A stretch of 64,000 bases of DNA from Dictyostelium discoideum (GCA_000004695.1 CM000150.2:3072001-3136000), one strand, 5' to 3'; positions 21,873 through 36,622 are shown, numbered from the stretch's first letter. A program made the numbers and translations. Notes: a model not told the origin generated them from the sequence alone.

Positions 21873-22739
21873 ATGACATCTAATCATATTAAAAAACAAA
21901 TTGAAGATATAAAAAATTTAATTAAAAATAATATTGATATATTAATAAATGAAACTTATAAAAATCAACAAAATGAATGTAATAGTAATCTTTTAGAAAA
22001 GGAATTTATAAAAATAAATAATCAAACTTATAATAAATATGAAACTAGTTATAAAGAAGAATTAATACCTTTTATAAATGAAAAAGATTATATTGATACA
22101 ATTGAAATTATAAATGAATTTCCAGCAATGGCAAGAAAACAATTTTATAGATATGTTAAAACGGTTATTGGTATACATATTGGTGTTTTGGTTTTTTTAT
22201 TATTTTTTTTCATATCTAAATATGAAAAAATATTCTTTACATTATTAATACTTTATATTTTATCGGTTTTATTTTTTATACTTTGTTGTCTAATACAAAA
22301 AAAATTGGTATCTATTAAAATAAATATATATAAAATAAAATAAAAAAAAAAAAAACAATTTTTTGGCCTAAACCAAGAAATTGAATAATAAAAATTACTT
22401 TTTTTTTTTTTTTTTTAAACAGCACCCTTTATCCCAAACCCTAATATTTCTTTTTTTAAATTATTATGACGTTTTTTTATTATTTTTTTTTATTTTTTTT
22501 TTTTTATTTTTTATTTTTAATAGATAAATATTTTAATTAAAAATTATTTTCATATATTAAATGAAAAGTTTGAAAACTTGGGTTTGGTTTTTAAATGTGA
22601 GTGGATCCCCAAGCCTATAGAAAAGTCAAATGAAAAATTTATACAACAAGAAATAACAATTTTTTACCCACTTTTACCTCTAGAATCATTCATTGCAATA
22701 GATATTAATACTCTTGGTAATGATAGCGCCGATAATTAA
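21873..22739 (+). CDS. Member C of the same family (2 exons: 21873..22307, 22524..22739)
   Basis: Exon 1 is ...NEKDYIDTIEIINEF plus 2 TM, ending ...QKKL|GTATCT (weaker donor). Exon 2 (after ..ttaatAG) is INILIKNYFHILNEKFENLGLVFKCEWIP...ITIFYPLL... with stop at 22737-22739. The GL[YV]FKC and I.I[FY]YP motifs match members A and B. Confidence 0.4.
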
Positions 22740-22937
22740 AATGATGCTATAATGTCATCATAATTTTAATTTCATCATTTAACTAACAATTTGTTAATGT
22801 TGCCTACGCTCGATTAATTTGCCCTGTTGTTTTTTTTTTTTTTTTTTTTTTTTTAGGGATTAAAAAAAAAAACAATGGTTCTATAAATAAAAATTATTTT
22901 TAATTTTTACCAAATCAAAACGTTTTTTTAATTTTTA

Positions 22938-22988
<51 letters not shown>

Positions 22989-23539
22989 TTTTTTTGGTGA
23001 TTAAAAAGATTTTTTTTTTTTTTTTTTTTTACTAAAATTCGTCATATGTCGATATACCATTTTTTTTTTTTTTTTTCTTGTTTTTTTGAATTTTTGTCAA
23101 CACTGGTTTTTGTATAATAATTTGTCAATTTTCATAATTTGCTTAAATTTTTTTTTTTAAAATATCCCATGGGTTTTTAAATTGCGTTTGGTCAGATTTT
23201 TAAACGCAATTATTATTTATTATTTTATTTTTATTTTTTTTTATTTTTTTTTATTTTTTTTTTTTTTAATTTGTATAAAAAAAGACCGTCTTTTTTTTTT
23301 TTTTTTTTTTTATTTTCTCTAAATCAATCATACAAAATTCTCACTTAGCCCCAATAATTAAATTTAAATACCAAATTTTTTTTTTTTCTTCTCCAAGAAT
23401 ATCAATATTATATAAATAAATTATAAAATGGAACTTTTATTATTAAGAATTAAATTTGGTTTCCATTTACTCATTGAACAACCATTTTCAAATAGAATCA
23501 GCAAAATTAGATGCTCAAATAAAAATAACTAAATTATAT

Positions 23540-23577
<38 letters not shown>

Positions 23578-24056
23578 AAAAATATAAAAAAAAAAAAAAA
23601 AAAATATAACATATATAATCAAAATAATAGCTCTCGACAACAAGCCAAAATAAAAGTAATTCATAAGCTGAAATCAACTTGTTGTAACACTCAAAAAAAA
23701 AAAAAATAAAATAAAATAAAATACAAGTAATAAACGATTAATTTCGATTATATCAATCCAATATGTAAATAGCCCCAACCAAGAAACAATGAAAATAATT
23801 AAAAAGTGAAAAAAAAAAAAAATAATAAAAATTATAAAAAAATGATTTTATTACACACACATTCACAATACCCCTCCCCCCCCTTTTTTTTTTTTTTTTT
23901 TTTATATTTTACAACTTTATTATTATTATTTTTATTTTTATTTATTAATATTTTTTTTTTTTTACAACTCAATTTCATTTTATTTTATTTTATTTTATTT
24001 TTTTTTTTTTTTAATTTTTATTATTATTATTTTCATTTAATATATTTATAAATACA

Positions 24057-24885
24057 ATGTATAATAATAAATTAAATGGTTCAACAAGTAATTTAATTGA
24101 AAATGATATTGAAATATCAAATAATAATAATTGTATAAGAAATTCAATAATATTAAAAAAACATATTATCAGAAATAAATTTGATAATTCAATTTTTCCA
24201 AATCAATTAAATGGTATAATTAATGATATTGATTACCATCAAACTATTGAATCAATAAATAATTTTAAACCAAAGAGAACAAAACGTTTCAATATTTTAT
24301 TTTCAATTTCTTATATATTTACATTAATATTATTTTTTTTAGCATATATCTTTTTTCAAGATGATATGTTTTTTTTATTTTTTCCATTTTCATTAATTTT
24401 TTTATTTATTTGTAAATATGTTCATAGTATTAAATATGTAGTTGTAAGTTATTATTTTTATTATATAATTATATTTTAATTTAATTTTTTTTTTATTTAT
24501 AAATTAATTTATTTTATTTTATTTTATTTTATTTGGTTGGAAATAGATTGTAAATGAAATTGAAACTTTTCATGTTGGAATTAATGAAAGTTATGAAAAA
24601 TATTATAATGTAACATTTACTCCACATTTTCAAAAAACTAGTCATAGATGGATAATATTTGATATATTATCACCAGGAAATTACGTTATTGAACAAAATG
24701 AATTGGTCATTGAATATCCAGTTTCAAAAATTGTAAACTCGGCAATTCCAGAAAACATAAATGGTGCAAATGTTGTTGGTAGTACAAGTCTACAAAACTC
24801 TTCAACTTCACCTTTTAATAATCAACATCAAGAAATTAATGAACAAATGGAACAACAACAACCACCACAACAATCACAACAATAA
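24057..24885 (+). CDS. Member D of the same family (2 exons: 24057..24443, 24547..24885)
   Basis: Exon 1 is ...NDIDYHQTIESINNFK plus 2 TM, ending ...SIKYVV|GTAAGT. Exon 2 (after ..aaatAG) is IVNEIETFHVGINESYEKYYNVTF... with a C-terminal poly-Q and stop at 24883-24885. Confidence 0.5.
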
Positions 24886-24975
24886 TATTTAAATATTCAA
24901 AATACACACTCACACATTAAACAATAAAAATTAAATAAAAATAAAAATTATTTGATTTAAAAAAAAAAATTTATT

Positions 24976-26088
24976 TTAAGTACAATAAACATTTTGATAG
25001 AAAATTTCCTCAGAACCATCACCAAAGTATGCACTTCCGCTACTGGTGGCATGGTTACTATTACTATTACTTTCACTATTACTTGAACTTGTTGAACTTG
25101 TAATTATACTACCACCACTGGTGATACTTCTACCAGAATTACCAGAACCACTTGTACCAGAACCACTAGTTTCACCATTAATACTATTACTACTAGAACT
25201 GGAACCACTATAACCTGTTGAACCTGAATCGCTACTACTACTAGTGCTACTACTGGAGATATAATTTCCAGTTGCTTCTGATGAAGGGTAAACTTCATAT
25301 GATGAATTAAAGAATGGTGCATATCTATTACAATTTATTGACATATCTTGTGGTTGATTTTCCTTATAACCAAATGAATATGGAGTATTATTTGAACAGT
25401 AATAAACTGATTTATATAAATCATCTCTTTCATATAGCCATGTACCATTAATGAAATAATAAAAAATTAAAGCATTTGATGAATCATCAGTTGTGCATTG
25501 ATTTGGCATAAAACTAGTTACATATGAATTTGTTGGAATCAATGGTTCACCATTTGTTAATGTTACTTTATAGGAATATTCACTATCAATTTCACTACTA
25601 CTACTTGGATAATATGAATTACTATTAGATGCACTCCCAGATCCAGAACCACTTCCAGAACCAGATCCAGAACCAGATCCTGTACCAGATCCCGTATAAT
25701 ATGAATATGATCCACTACCACCACTACTATCATATGGATCTGTTAATTGATAATTTAAATTTAAATTACCAATCTCTAAATAAGGTAAACATGAATTTAT
25801 TTCTGTTTTTATTGGTGTTTTATTTAAATCTTGTGATTCGCAAACTTGCTCACCATTTGGACTTTTAAATGATTCAATAGATACTATATCCTTAAATACT
25901 TTGAAAACATAGTTATTTTGATAATCATATGTAATACATGTATCAATGACACTACTAAACCCGGTACCACTAACTGGACCACTACAATCACAGGATTTAT
26001 AAGGTATTAAGTTTAAAAATTGTACACCATTAACTAATTCAATCAATACACATAATGTTATGATAACTTTTATAATTATTTTCATCAT
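24976..26088 (-). CDS. Secreted/cell-surface Ser-Gly-Thr-rich protein with N-terminal signal peptide
   Basis: 370-aa ORF. N-terminus MMKIIIKVIITLCVLIELVNG is signal-peptide-like. About 14 spaced Cys, many N-glycosylation sequons, (GSGS)n and S/T-rich tracts. No recognisable enzymatic motif. Confidence 0.55.
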   Translation of the reverse strand: MMKIIIKVIITLCVLIELVNGVQFLNLIPYKSCDCSGPVSGTGFSSVIDTCITYDYQNNYVFKVFKDIVSIESFKSPNGEQVCESQDLNKTPIKTEINSCLPYLEIGNLNLNYQLTDPYDSSGGSGSYSYYTGSGTGSGSGSGSGSGSGSGSASNSNSYYPSSSSEIDSEYSYKVTLTNGEPLIPTNSYVTSFMPNQCTTDDSSNALIFYYFINGTWLYERDDLYKSVYYCSNNTPYSFGYKENQPQDMSINCNRYAPFFNSSYEVYPSSEATGNYISSSSTSSSSDSGSTGYSGSSSSSNSINGETSGSGTSGSGNSGRSITSGGSIITSSTSSSNSESNSNSNHATSSGSAYFGDGSEEIFYQNVYCT

Positions 26089-26694
26089 TTTATCATCATG
26101 ATGCTAAAACCAATAAAAAAAAAAAAAAAATAAAAAAATAAAAAATATAAAAAAAAAAAAAAGAAAATTCCTTTTCATTTTTTTTTTTTTTTTAATATCC
26201 AAAAAATCTTTTTTTTTTTTTTTTTTTTTTTAATTAAAAACAGTTTTCAAAAATTAGTAAAAAAATAAATAATCTCAAATTCTTTAAAGAAAGAGTAAAA
26301 CCAATCATTTAATTATTCAATTAAATTTCGAGGTTATAAATTTTTTTTTTTTTTAAATTTCGTTTTTTTTTTTTTTTTTTTTTTTTGATTTGCTGGAATA
26401 TCGCAAATTATTTTTGATTGGTCAAAAAAAAAAAAAAAAAGTAAAAAAAATTGTTTATTTGAAAAAAAAAAATAAAAAAATAAATTAAATAAAATAAAAT
26501 AAACCCAACTTTTGGAGAAATTGAACACTTAATAATCTTTATATTACCAAAACCAAAATATCCTAAATAATTTATTTTTATTTTTTTATTTTTTTATTTT
26601 TTTTTTTTATTTACTAAAGGAATTTTTTTAACGAAATAAAAAAAAAAAAATTAACAAACGATGGTTATCCTTTATTAATTTTTATATTAAAAAA

Positions 26695-29600
26695 ATGATT
26701 GAATCAACTTCGAATAAATCTAGAGATGTTGCTGTTATAGGTATGGATAGTCCTGATTTAGTATTTTTTTTTTTTTTTTAGTTTTTTTTATTTTTTTTAT
26801 TCAATTCTGAAATTTCATTTTTTCATTTTTCTATTTTTTTATTTTTTTATTTTTTATTTTAGGTATTGGTTTACGTTTACCAGGTGGATCGAATACACCA
26901 TTAGAATTATGGAATAATTTAATTAAAGGTATAGATGGTATTGTTGAAACTAAGGAGCGTTGGAGTGATACTTTCTCAGAGATGGGAGAGGTTTCAAGTA
27001 AATATGCAGGTTTAATAGATTTCGATCAATGGATGTCGTTTGACCCTTTACATTTCGCTATTAACCCATCAGATGCCAAAGAAATTGACCCTCAACAAAA
27101 AATTTTATTAAAAACTACTTGGGAAGCTTTCGAAGATGCACAAATTGATCCATTATCACTAAGAGGTAGTGATACTTCTGTATATGTCGGTGCATCTTCA
27201 ATGGATTACGCAAGTATCAATACTGATCCAAATAAACAACCAATTAATTGTTTTAATGTTAATCTAAGTGGTGTATCAAATCGTATTTCATATTGTTATG
27301 ATTTAAGGTAATTAAACATGGGGTGTTAATGATGAAATGATTATTGGTTCAATTTCTAATAATAATAAAAAAACATCTTCAAAACTTTAATATATATAAC
27401 TTTAATAAAAAAAAAAAAATTCTAATATATTATTTTATTTTAAGAGGTACTTCATTAACTATTGATACAGCATGTTCAAGCTCATTGAATGCTGTTCATT
27501 TAGGTTATGAGTCAATTGTTAATGGAAAGTCAGATTACTCAATAGTTGGTGGTGTTAATTTTATAATTAGTAAGTAAATATATATTTATTTAAAATTATT
27601 TAATATTTAATATTTAATATTCAAAAATTTGTAAGATTATTAATTAAATAATTTTATTATTTTAGATCCACAACAATCAAGAGCATTCAAATATGCAATG
27701 GTTACAAGTAAAACTGGTAAATGCAAAGCATTTGATGAATCAGCTGATGGTTTTGTTCGTTCAGAGGGGGCAGTAGTTTTAATTTTAAAGAGTTTATCAA
27801 AATCTATTGAAGATGGTAATCAAATTTATTCAATAATTAAGGGTAGTAGTTCAAATGTTGATGGTACTTTAAATAAAACAAATTATTTTGCACCTTCAAA
27901 AGTTTCACAATCAAATAATATGCAAAAGGCATTCGATTCTACAAATGGTGAATTAACACCAAATGATATTAGTTTCTTTGAACTTCATGGTACAGGTATA
28001 GTATATTTTTTTATAATAATTATTATTATTTCTTTAGTTGTTTTTGTGGTGGTGGTGGTACACATATATAAATTGATTTCTAATATTTATTTATTTATTG
28101 TTTTATTTTATAAAAAAAACAAAAAAGGTACACAAATTGGTGATCCAATTGAAGTTGAAGCAGTATCAACCTTATTTAAAGATATTAAAACTAAAGAATC
28201 ACCATTATTAATTGGTTCAATTAAATCAAATATTGGTCATTTAGAACCAGCAAGTGGAGTTGCATCATTAGCAAAAGTTTGTTTAATGTTAAAAAATAGA
28301 GAATTTGTAAAGAATATTCATTTTGAAACACCAAATCCAAATATTAAATTTGATGAATGGAAAGTTAAAGTTTGTACACAGAATACACCATTTCCAACTA
28401 TTCGTGGAAAACCAATTTCAATTGCAATTAATAGTTTTGGTATTACAGGTTCAAATGCTTGTCTATTATTATCAGAATATTTAAAAACCAATATAACTAC
28501 AACAAATGATCAATTAGAACCATCGACAACAAGTTATTTAATACCATTAAGTTCAAGTTCAAAAAAATCATTAGAGCTTTACAAGAATGAATTAACAAAT
28601 AATATTGAAACATTTTCAAAATCAATTGAATTTAAAGATTTTATAAGTTATCATATAAATTCAAAGGCAATAAAATTAGCATCAAGATCAGTTTTAATGG
28701 TAAAGGATTGGGATGAATTAAAATCAAGTTTAAATTTAAATGAACCATTAATTTATTCAAGTAAAGGTAATAAATCAGGAAATATAATGAAAGATAATAA
28801 TAAGAATCCAATATTAGTTTTTGTATTTTGTGGTATTGGTGGACAATGGAATCAAATGGGTAAACAGCTTTATGAAACCAGTAAAGTGTTTAAACAATCA
28901 ATAGATGAAATCGATCAAATCTTTAATAGACTATTTGGTTATTCAATTTTAAAGAAATTAAGATCAATTAGTGATGATGATTCAAAAGGAATTAATGAAT
29001 TTATAACCTCTCAACCATCAATATTCATGCTTCAAGTATCATTGTTTGAATTTTATAAGAGTTGGGGAATTAATCCATCGATTAATGTTGGTCATAGTTT
29101 TGGTGAAATTTCATCTGCTTGTTGTTCAGGAATGCTTGATTTGGAAACTGCATGTTTCATAGTTTATAAAAGATCAATTATTCAAACTAAAACCATTGGT
29201 AGTGGTGGAATGTTAGTCATTGGTTTAAGTGAAGATGAATATAAAAAACAATATCAATCTCAATATCCATTGATAGAAATTAGTTGTTTTAATTCACCAT
29301 CATCAATTGTAATTAGTGGTAGTGAACTGGATTTAACCACAATTACAAGTTCACTTAAAGAAAAGAATATTTTCACCTATTTATTAGGCTCACCTGCAGC
29401 ACTTCATTCATCAAAACAAAAGGTTATCAAAGATGATATTTTAACTCAACTTAAAGATATTAAATTCAAACAACCAACAATTAAAACCTTTTCAACTGTC
29501 ACAACAAATTTATTTGATAATTCAACAACACCATTCGATAGTAATTATATTTTTTCAAATATTAGAAAACCAGTATCATTTGAAAAAACAATTAAAAACA

Positions 29601-32600
29601 TCTTTAATCATATTGAAACTAATGATCTTGGAAGTAATGTAATCTTTTTAGAATTATCACCACTTCCAACATTAACTAATTATATCAAAGAAATGATACC
29701 ACAAAATTCAAATTACTTTTACATTGATGATGAATCAATTACAATTTTGACATCATTAAATAAAAAAAAATCAATTGATGAATTACAAGAAATTAAATCA
29801 ACAATTTCACAAATTTATTGTTCTGGTTATAATGTTAACTTTAAATCACAATTAACAACAACAACAACAACAACTTTTGGTAATTTAATAATTGATAGTA
29901 ATAAAATTGTTAAAGGTTTTACGTCTTATTATTTACCACGTTATCAATGGGATGAATCAAATTATTTTAAAGTTGGTAGAATTTCAAAACAAATTTCACA
30001 AGGTCCAACAGCGACTCAATTAGGTTATCGTAATGATGTATCACCATTTATGTCATACACATCATACATCGATATTAAAGAGGAACCATTTAAATTTCTA
30101 AAGTGTCATCAATCACGTGGTAGAAATTTATTCCCAGGAAATGCATACTTGGAGAATGTTTTAAAAGTATTTCCAGATCAAGATTTAACATTTCATTTAA
30201 TTGAATATAGATCACCATTGATATTAAAAGAAGGTATTAAACATATTATCTCTACAAATATTTATCCCAGTGCAAAGAATGAATATAGAGTTACCTTTCA
30301 TTATAAAGATAGTTTCGATAAATGGATTTTAGGTTGTTCAGCTAGATTCTCTGTATTAAAACATAATAGTGATTTAGAGAATCAAAAGATTGATGTAGAA
30401 TCATTAAAGGCTAAATGTAATTGGACAACAATTAAAAGGAAGGAATTTTATGAAGTATTAAAAACAAACACATCATTGGCACTCACTGGTCAATTTCAAT
30501 GTATTGAAGAAGCATACTATGGTTATAATTGCTGTTTAGCTAAAATATCAATGAATGAAACTTTAACAAAACTATCACAATACGATAATGAATTATTTTT
30601 AAATGCTTGTACAATCGATGGTGGTTTCCAACTATTAGGTTTATTTAGAGATAATCCAGATACTTTTGTTATGGATAGAGTTGAACTACTTAGATTCTAT
30701 GCTTCAAATATTCCAAAATCTTCAAAGTTTAGAGAAAATTATCCATTCATTTATACCTATACCGAATTTATTAGTCAAATTGGTAATTCAGTATATGCAA
30801 ATATTAATACATTCTTACCTGATGGTACATTATTATTTAATACTCCTGTTGTTTGTTACTCTTCAATTTCAACTGATATAAAAAATCAATTGTCAATTGA
30901 AAATCCAAATCATCAATTATACTCTACAGTTCTTCAATCACTAGAATCACCATTGTCAGTCACTACCCAAAATGCAATCATTGATGAGAAATTATTCTTA
31001 TCATTTTTACCAACCCCAGTTGCAAATATTAGAAAAGCATTTACAACCTGTATCTTTTCAAATATAAAGAAAATTTATCAATCAATTACACCAGCTAAAA
31101 TTAATACTTCAACTGTTGATTCCCTAATCGATAGTTATTTTAAAATTTGTGAAACTGATAATATTGAAAAAAGAAAATTAGGTGAAACATTATTTAATGC
31201 TTTAAAATTAAATTATTCAATTATTGAATATAGTTCTCAAGCTAAATTAATTAAATTATTATCAACAAATCAAATTGAAATAATGAATAAAATTACAACC
31301 CATTTATTAAATGAAACAAAACCAACAACAAACACTACTGAAACCACACCTGTTAGTAGTAGTCAAAAATTACCTGAACAAATTCAATTAATTGAAAATA
31401 TTATTACAAAATCAGTTTTACCATTAGTTAATGAAAAGATTGTATTTAGAATTTTAGAAATTTCATCAGGTATCGGTCAATTATCAAAGATTATAGTTAC
31501 AAGATTGAATGAGTTATTACAACAAAATCCTTTAGCAGAAATTGATATTGAATTAACATTTACCGATAGAGAAGATATTACATTAATTAAAGAGAAATTA
31601 ACAACATTACTTTATTCAACATCATCGACAGCCGATATAAATAGTAAAGATCTTTCATCACGTAAAACTAGTTTAATTTTTACTCAATTGGATTTAAATG
31701 ATAAAGATTTAATTTCATCAAAAACCATTTATCCATCCTATTATGATATTATAGTTTTAAATGGTTTGGATGGTATTAAAGATTTAAATCAATCAATTGA
31801 AACTATTTATCAAATTCTTAATCCAAATGGTTATTTCATAATGATTGATACTTTATTTAAAGCTAATAAAAGTGATTTAAAAAACTATGAATTATATCAA
31901 CAATGGTTATCTTTCAATTATTTTGATTCAACTAAAGATTTAGATTCTTGGAAAAAGTTATTAACTCAAGATTTTAAATTAATTAATTTCACTGCTACTT
32001 CAAGTCAACCATGGGTAATTTTATGTCAAAAACCTAGATTTTTCGAAACAGTTTCAACTGAGAATCCAATCTCTACAACTCTTAGTTGCTATGATCAAGT
32101 TATTATTTTCGGTACAATTGATAATATCAATGAATCAAAAGCACTATCAAAATTAATGGATGTTAATGATAGAGGTACCGATATTTATTGTATAAAGACT
32201 TTGGATGAATTTGAAACTCATGTCAAAGAGACACCATTAACTGATGAATCGGTTATAGTTTATGTGAATACAATCAATCAAGTATTCATTTCATTCATTT
32301 CCTATTCATTAGAATATATCAAAATCAATCAACATTTATTAAGAACCAATTGTAACGCCAAACATGTATTGTTAACTAGAAGTGCATTCATTGAAACTAC
32401 CAATACATTGGTAAGTGCAACAGTTGGAGCTTTTAGATACTTTTGTGAATTCTCTCAATTGGATTTATATTTAATGGATTTTGATGATTCAATCTATTTA
32501 AAATCTATGCAATTCATAAATGTAACCCATGAAATGACAAATCCAAATAAACACTACCAAAGGGAATTCATTTTTAGAGGTGATAAAGTTTACTATGAAA

Positions 32601-35600
32601 GAGTTACTCAAGAGACAAACTTAAAATTAAAATTAAAATCAACATCATACATATCCGAGCCAACTCAACTATATGCAAAATTAGGTCAAAACTTACAATA
32701 TCAATTGAAACCATTTGAAAATAAAATTCCTGAAGGATTCATTGAAGTTAAAGTATTGGCAAGTGGTATCAATTTCAAAGATAATTTAGTTTATCGCCGT
32801 TTGGTACCAAATGAAGCTGTGAACCATACTGGTAATTCAAATGATCCAGAATTTGGTTATGAATGTTCTGGTATTGTATCAAGAGTAGGCGATGGTGTTA
32901 CAAAATTCAAAGTTGGTGATGAAGTGGTTGGTTTAGGTTTCAATTGTACAGGTTCATTTGTAACTTTAGAACAATTTAGATTTGTATTAAAACCAAAGAA
33001 TCTTACTCATGTTGAAGCAGCTTCAATTCCAGTGGTTTATTTAACATCATATTATAGTTTATTCGTTGCTGGTTATCTTAGTATTGAAAAGAAAGAATCT
33101 GTACTAATTCATGGTGGAACAGGTGGTATTGGTTTAGCATGTATTAATCTTTTAAAAGCAAAAGGTTTCAAAGGTTATTTATTCGTTACTGTTGGTTCAA
33201 AAGAAAAAGAAAATTTCCTTCGTGTTACCTATGGTAACTTTATCACTGGTATCTATTCAAGTCAAAATACAGATTACCTTTTAGAAATCAAGAAAAAGAT
33301 ACAACAACTCACTGGAAATAATTTAATTTTTAAACAATTTGGTGTTGCTAAAATGGGTATTGATTTAATTATAAATACATTATCAAATGAATTTATGGAT
33401 GCAAATTTCAATTCATTATGTCAAGGTGGTAGAATTATTGATCTTTCTGTGACTCACATGAATAGTCAAGATACTACTGATTTTAGAAAATTCCGTTATT
33501 GTATCAGTTATTCAAGTGTTGAATTACTTTTAAATGGTTTCGAAAGAAATAAATTAATACTTCAAGAGGTTATGGATATGTTTGTAAATGAAAATTTAGC
33601 ATTACTACCAATTAAAGAATATTCAGTTAAAGATATTAAAGAAGCTATTGAATTCATCGCTGAAAGAAAACATATTGGTAAAATTGTTGTTAATCATGAA
33701 AACTATGATTTAATTTCACAAACTCTTGTTAGCAATGATAATGAATTCTATAAAGACTTTTTAATTCCAAAAGCAAACTATAGAATAAGTGCAGATTGTA
33801 ATTTGGGTAAAACCGTTTTATTAACTGGTCAACTTGGTCTTAGTTTATCAATTATCAAATGGATTATTGCTTTTAATAATTTAGAACAACCAGTTGAAAA
33901 TATATTAGTACTATCATTATCACCTATCAAATATGAATTGGAACATATGATTTGTTATTGTAAACATGTTAATAATCAAATTAAAATAATATTTAAACAA
34001 GTGGATATCTCTGATATGTGTGCATTGGATGATGCAATTGGTGAAATTTATAAAGAAAATGAAAATTTACCATTGGTATCTTCAATTTTCCATAATGCAT
34101 TTGCACCATCGGAATGTGACGCATTGGATATTGATGAAGATCATTTGAGGATATCTCATTCAGCCAAAACTATGGGTATGATAAATTTGAATTCCCTTTC
34201 AACTGGTATTTGGTCAGAGTCTATAAAGAACTTTGTATTGTCATCATCTATAACAAGTATTCTTGGAAGTCAACGTCAATGTGGTTATATTAGTGCAAAT
34301 TGTATCATTGATGCAGTCTCAAGATTAAGAGCATCAGAAGGTTTACCATGTACTTCAATTAACTGGGGTGTACTTGGTACTGGTTTCGTTTCAAGAAATG
34401 AAAGTGTTTCAAAGTTATTTGAATATCAAGGTTTCATTCCAATCTCTATGGATATGTTAATTGGTACATTGGATTTATTCTTACAAAATTCTGGTAAATT
34501 AAATAACAAAATAGTTGCCTCATTTAATTATAATAATGTTAGTGCAGCATTTAGAAATCATCATCTATCCTATAAATTAAATTACTTTTTAAATCCAGTC
34601 TATTCAAAAGGTTCAACTTTTGATGATAATGAATTATCAATTAGAGATGATATTTTAGAGAAATTCTCTGAATATCTATCAACTGAAAAATCAAAATTAA
34701 GTTTAGATATCAAATTAATAGATTATGGTAGTAGTTCAATTATGCTTGTTGAATTAAAGAATTATTTAGATAAAACTTATACACCAAACATTTTATCGAT
34801 TGCACAACTTCAAAATGTAACAATCAATCAATTAATTCAAGCAGTAATTCAAGCAGTTTCAAAATTAAAAAAACCAACAACAAATCAACAATCTCAGCAA
34901 CCAATTATTTCAAACATTAAATGGGAGGATGAGATTGCATTAGATCCAACCATTAAACCAACTCAACAAATAATTGATACCTATAAAAATGAAATGACTC
35001 AACTTTACAAAAATAATAATAATAAAACAAGTTTGGGAGGTTTACAAGTACTATTAACTGGTCCATGTACATTTTCAGGTACTCATATACTTTCAAATCT
35101 TTTATTATCTTCAAAAACAAAAGTGATTCATTGTTTATTACCAATGGAAACTCCAGAGCAAGTAATGTGTACAATCATTGATAATTTCAAAGCTCAAGGT
35201 TTATATGATCAATTGAATTTAGCAAATGTATTATCAAAGATTAAACCAATTGCTGCAGATTTTACAAGACCAATATTTGGATTGGATACTGATGATTATA
35301 TTGAACTTTCAAAAAAGATTGATATAGTCATTAATGCAGCATCAAATACAACCAAACATTATTGTGCTCATATTTCCTATGAAGATACAAATAAAGAGTA
35401 TTTACATGGTGTCTCACATTTACTTAGATTTGCATCAAGTGAAAAGCTAAAGAGGGTCGTTCAAATCTCAACATTGGGACGTTATTCTGATTTACAAAGA
35501 AATTCTTTAGACGAATACTATTTCCCAGAGGTCGATTTCTCATTCATTTCCGATCAAAATCAGTTAGTATCAGGTTATATTCAATCAAAGATTGTGGCAG

Positions 35601-36214
35601 AGTATCATCTTAAACAAGCTTCAAATCGTGGTATTCCATGTTTAATAGTTCGTACTCCATTTACCTTCCCTGGAAATAATGGTATTGGTAGAGAAGCTGA
35701 TTTCACTCAACTACTTCTCCAAAGTTGTTATACATTAAATTGTTATCCAACTGAATCACATATTCAACTCTACACTGCACCTGTAACTTGGTATGCAAAG
35801 AATATTACATTAATGGCTGTTGGTAGTGATATTTCACAAGATGGTTGTTGGGATACAATCAACACATCTCCAATTGAAAACCTTTTATGTTTTAATCTTT
35901 TCGGAGGTGGCTTTGATTTTGGTGATTTATTGGTTGATATTTCAAAAGATTTATCTTGGAAAGAAGTCCCATTCGAAACTTTGGTTAAAAAAGCTGCTGT
36001 AAATGAAACTGAGTGTTGTAAAAGATTGGCTTCATTCGTTTTAAAGAAAAAAGGTGATTTCTTAAAAAATTTAGGTGTTATCCCTGGTAATTTCACCGTC
36101 AATGAAAATCTCAAAAATTATTTAACCTTAAATAACTCATTTGATGGTTGGTTAGTTACAAAACAATTAGTCTATAATCATTTATCTTATGTTTTTAAAA
36201 AGAAAGTTTTTTAA
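26695..36214 (+). CDS. Fully reducing type I polyketide synthase, KS-AT-DH-cMT-ER-KR-ACP-R (5 exons: 26695..26740, 26863..27307, 27445..27569, 27666..27995, 28128..36214)
   Basis: Exon junctions restore canonical KS sequence: DVAVI|G|IGLRLPGG (donor GTATGG 26741, acceptor 26861-62); ...CYDLR|[18 protein letters not shown] (donor GTAATT 27308, acceptor 27443-44); ...GGVNFII|NPQQSRAF (donor GTAAGT 27570, acceptor 27664-65); ...ELHGTG|[11 protein letters not shown] (donor GTATAG 27996, acceptor 28126-27). AT GHSFGE about 29100. [13 protein letters not shown] about 30110. c[11 protein letters not shown] about 31470. [12 protein letters not shown] about 33110. [11 protein letters not shown] about 33820. 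[11 protein letters not shown] about 34730. R domain [12 protein letters not shown] about 35060 ... [10 protein letters not shown]. Confidence 0.9.
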
Positions 36215-36235
36215 TTAAAAAATAATAATATTAAT

Positions 36236-36280
<45 letters not shown>

Positions 36281-36622
36281 TAAAAAGATAAAAATAAAAT
36301 TTAAAACCAATTATAAATAAATCATTAATAATAAAACAAACATTAAACTCTTTTATTTTAAAAAAAAATATATAAATATCTTTAACTTTTTTTTATTGAA
36401 CTAATTAATTTCCAGTTGATGTTGGTTTTTTTTTTTTTTTTTTTTTTTTTCTAAGACGAATTTTTAAAAAATAAACAAAAATGGATGATTACAGGTATGT
36501 CGACATTTTTTTTAATATCATAGTTCTATTTCCCCCAATTTCACCATCGAAAGTTATTGGAATAATTTTTTAAATGATAAAAAAAAAAAAAAAATGTTTG
36601 AAAAAACAAATCTAAGATTGAA

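Noticed and set aside
28005-28127. Hydrophobic segment [44 protein letters not shown] inside the 2838-aa PKS ORF
   Set aside because: This is intron 4 read through in frame. Splicing at GTATAG (27996) and ..aaaaAG (28127) restores the canonical KS motif HGTGTQIGDP.
36481-36500. ATG GAT GAT TAC AG followed by GTATGT, a possible mini first exon
   Set aside because: No downstream acceptor gives an open frame (the nearest, before 37107, runs into TGA). Probably chance.
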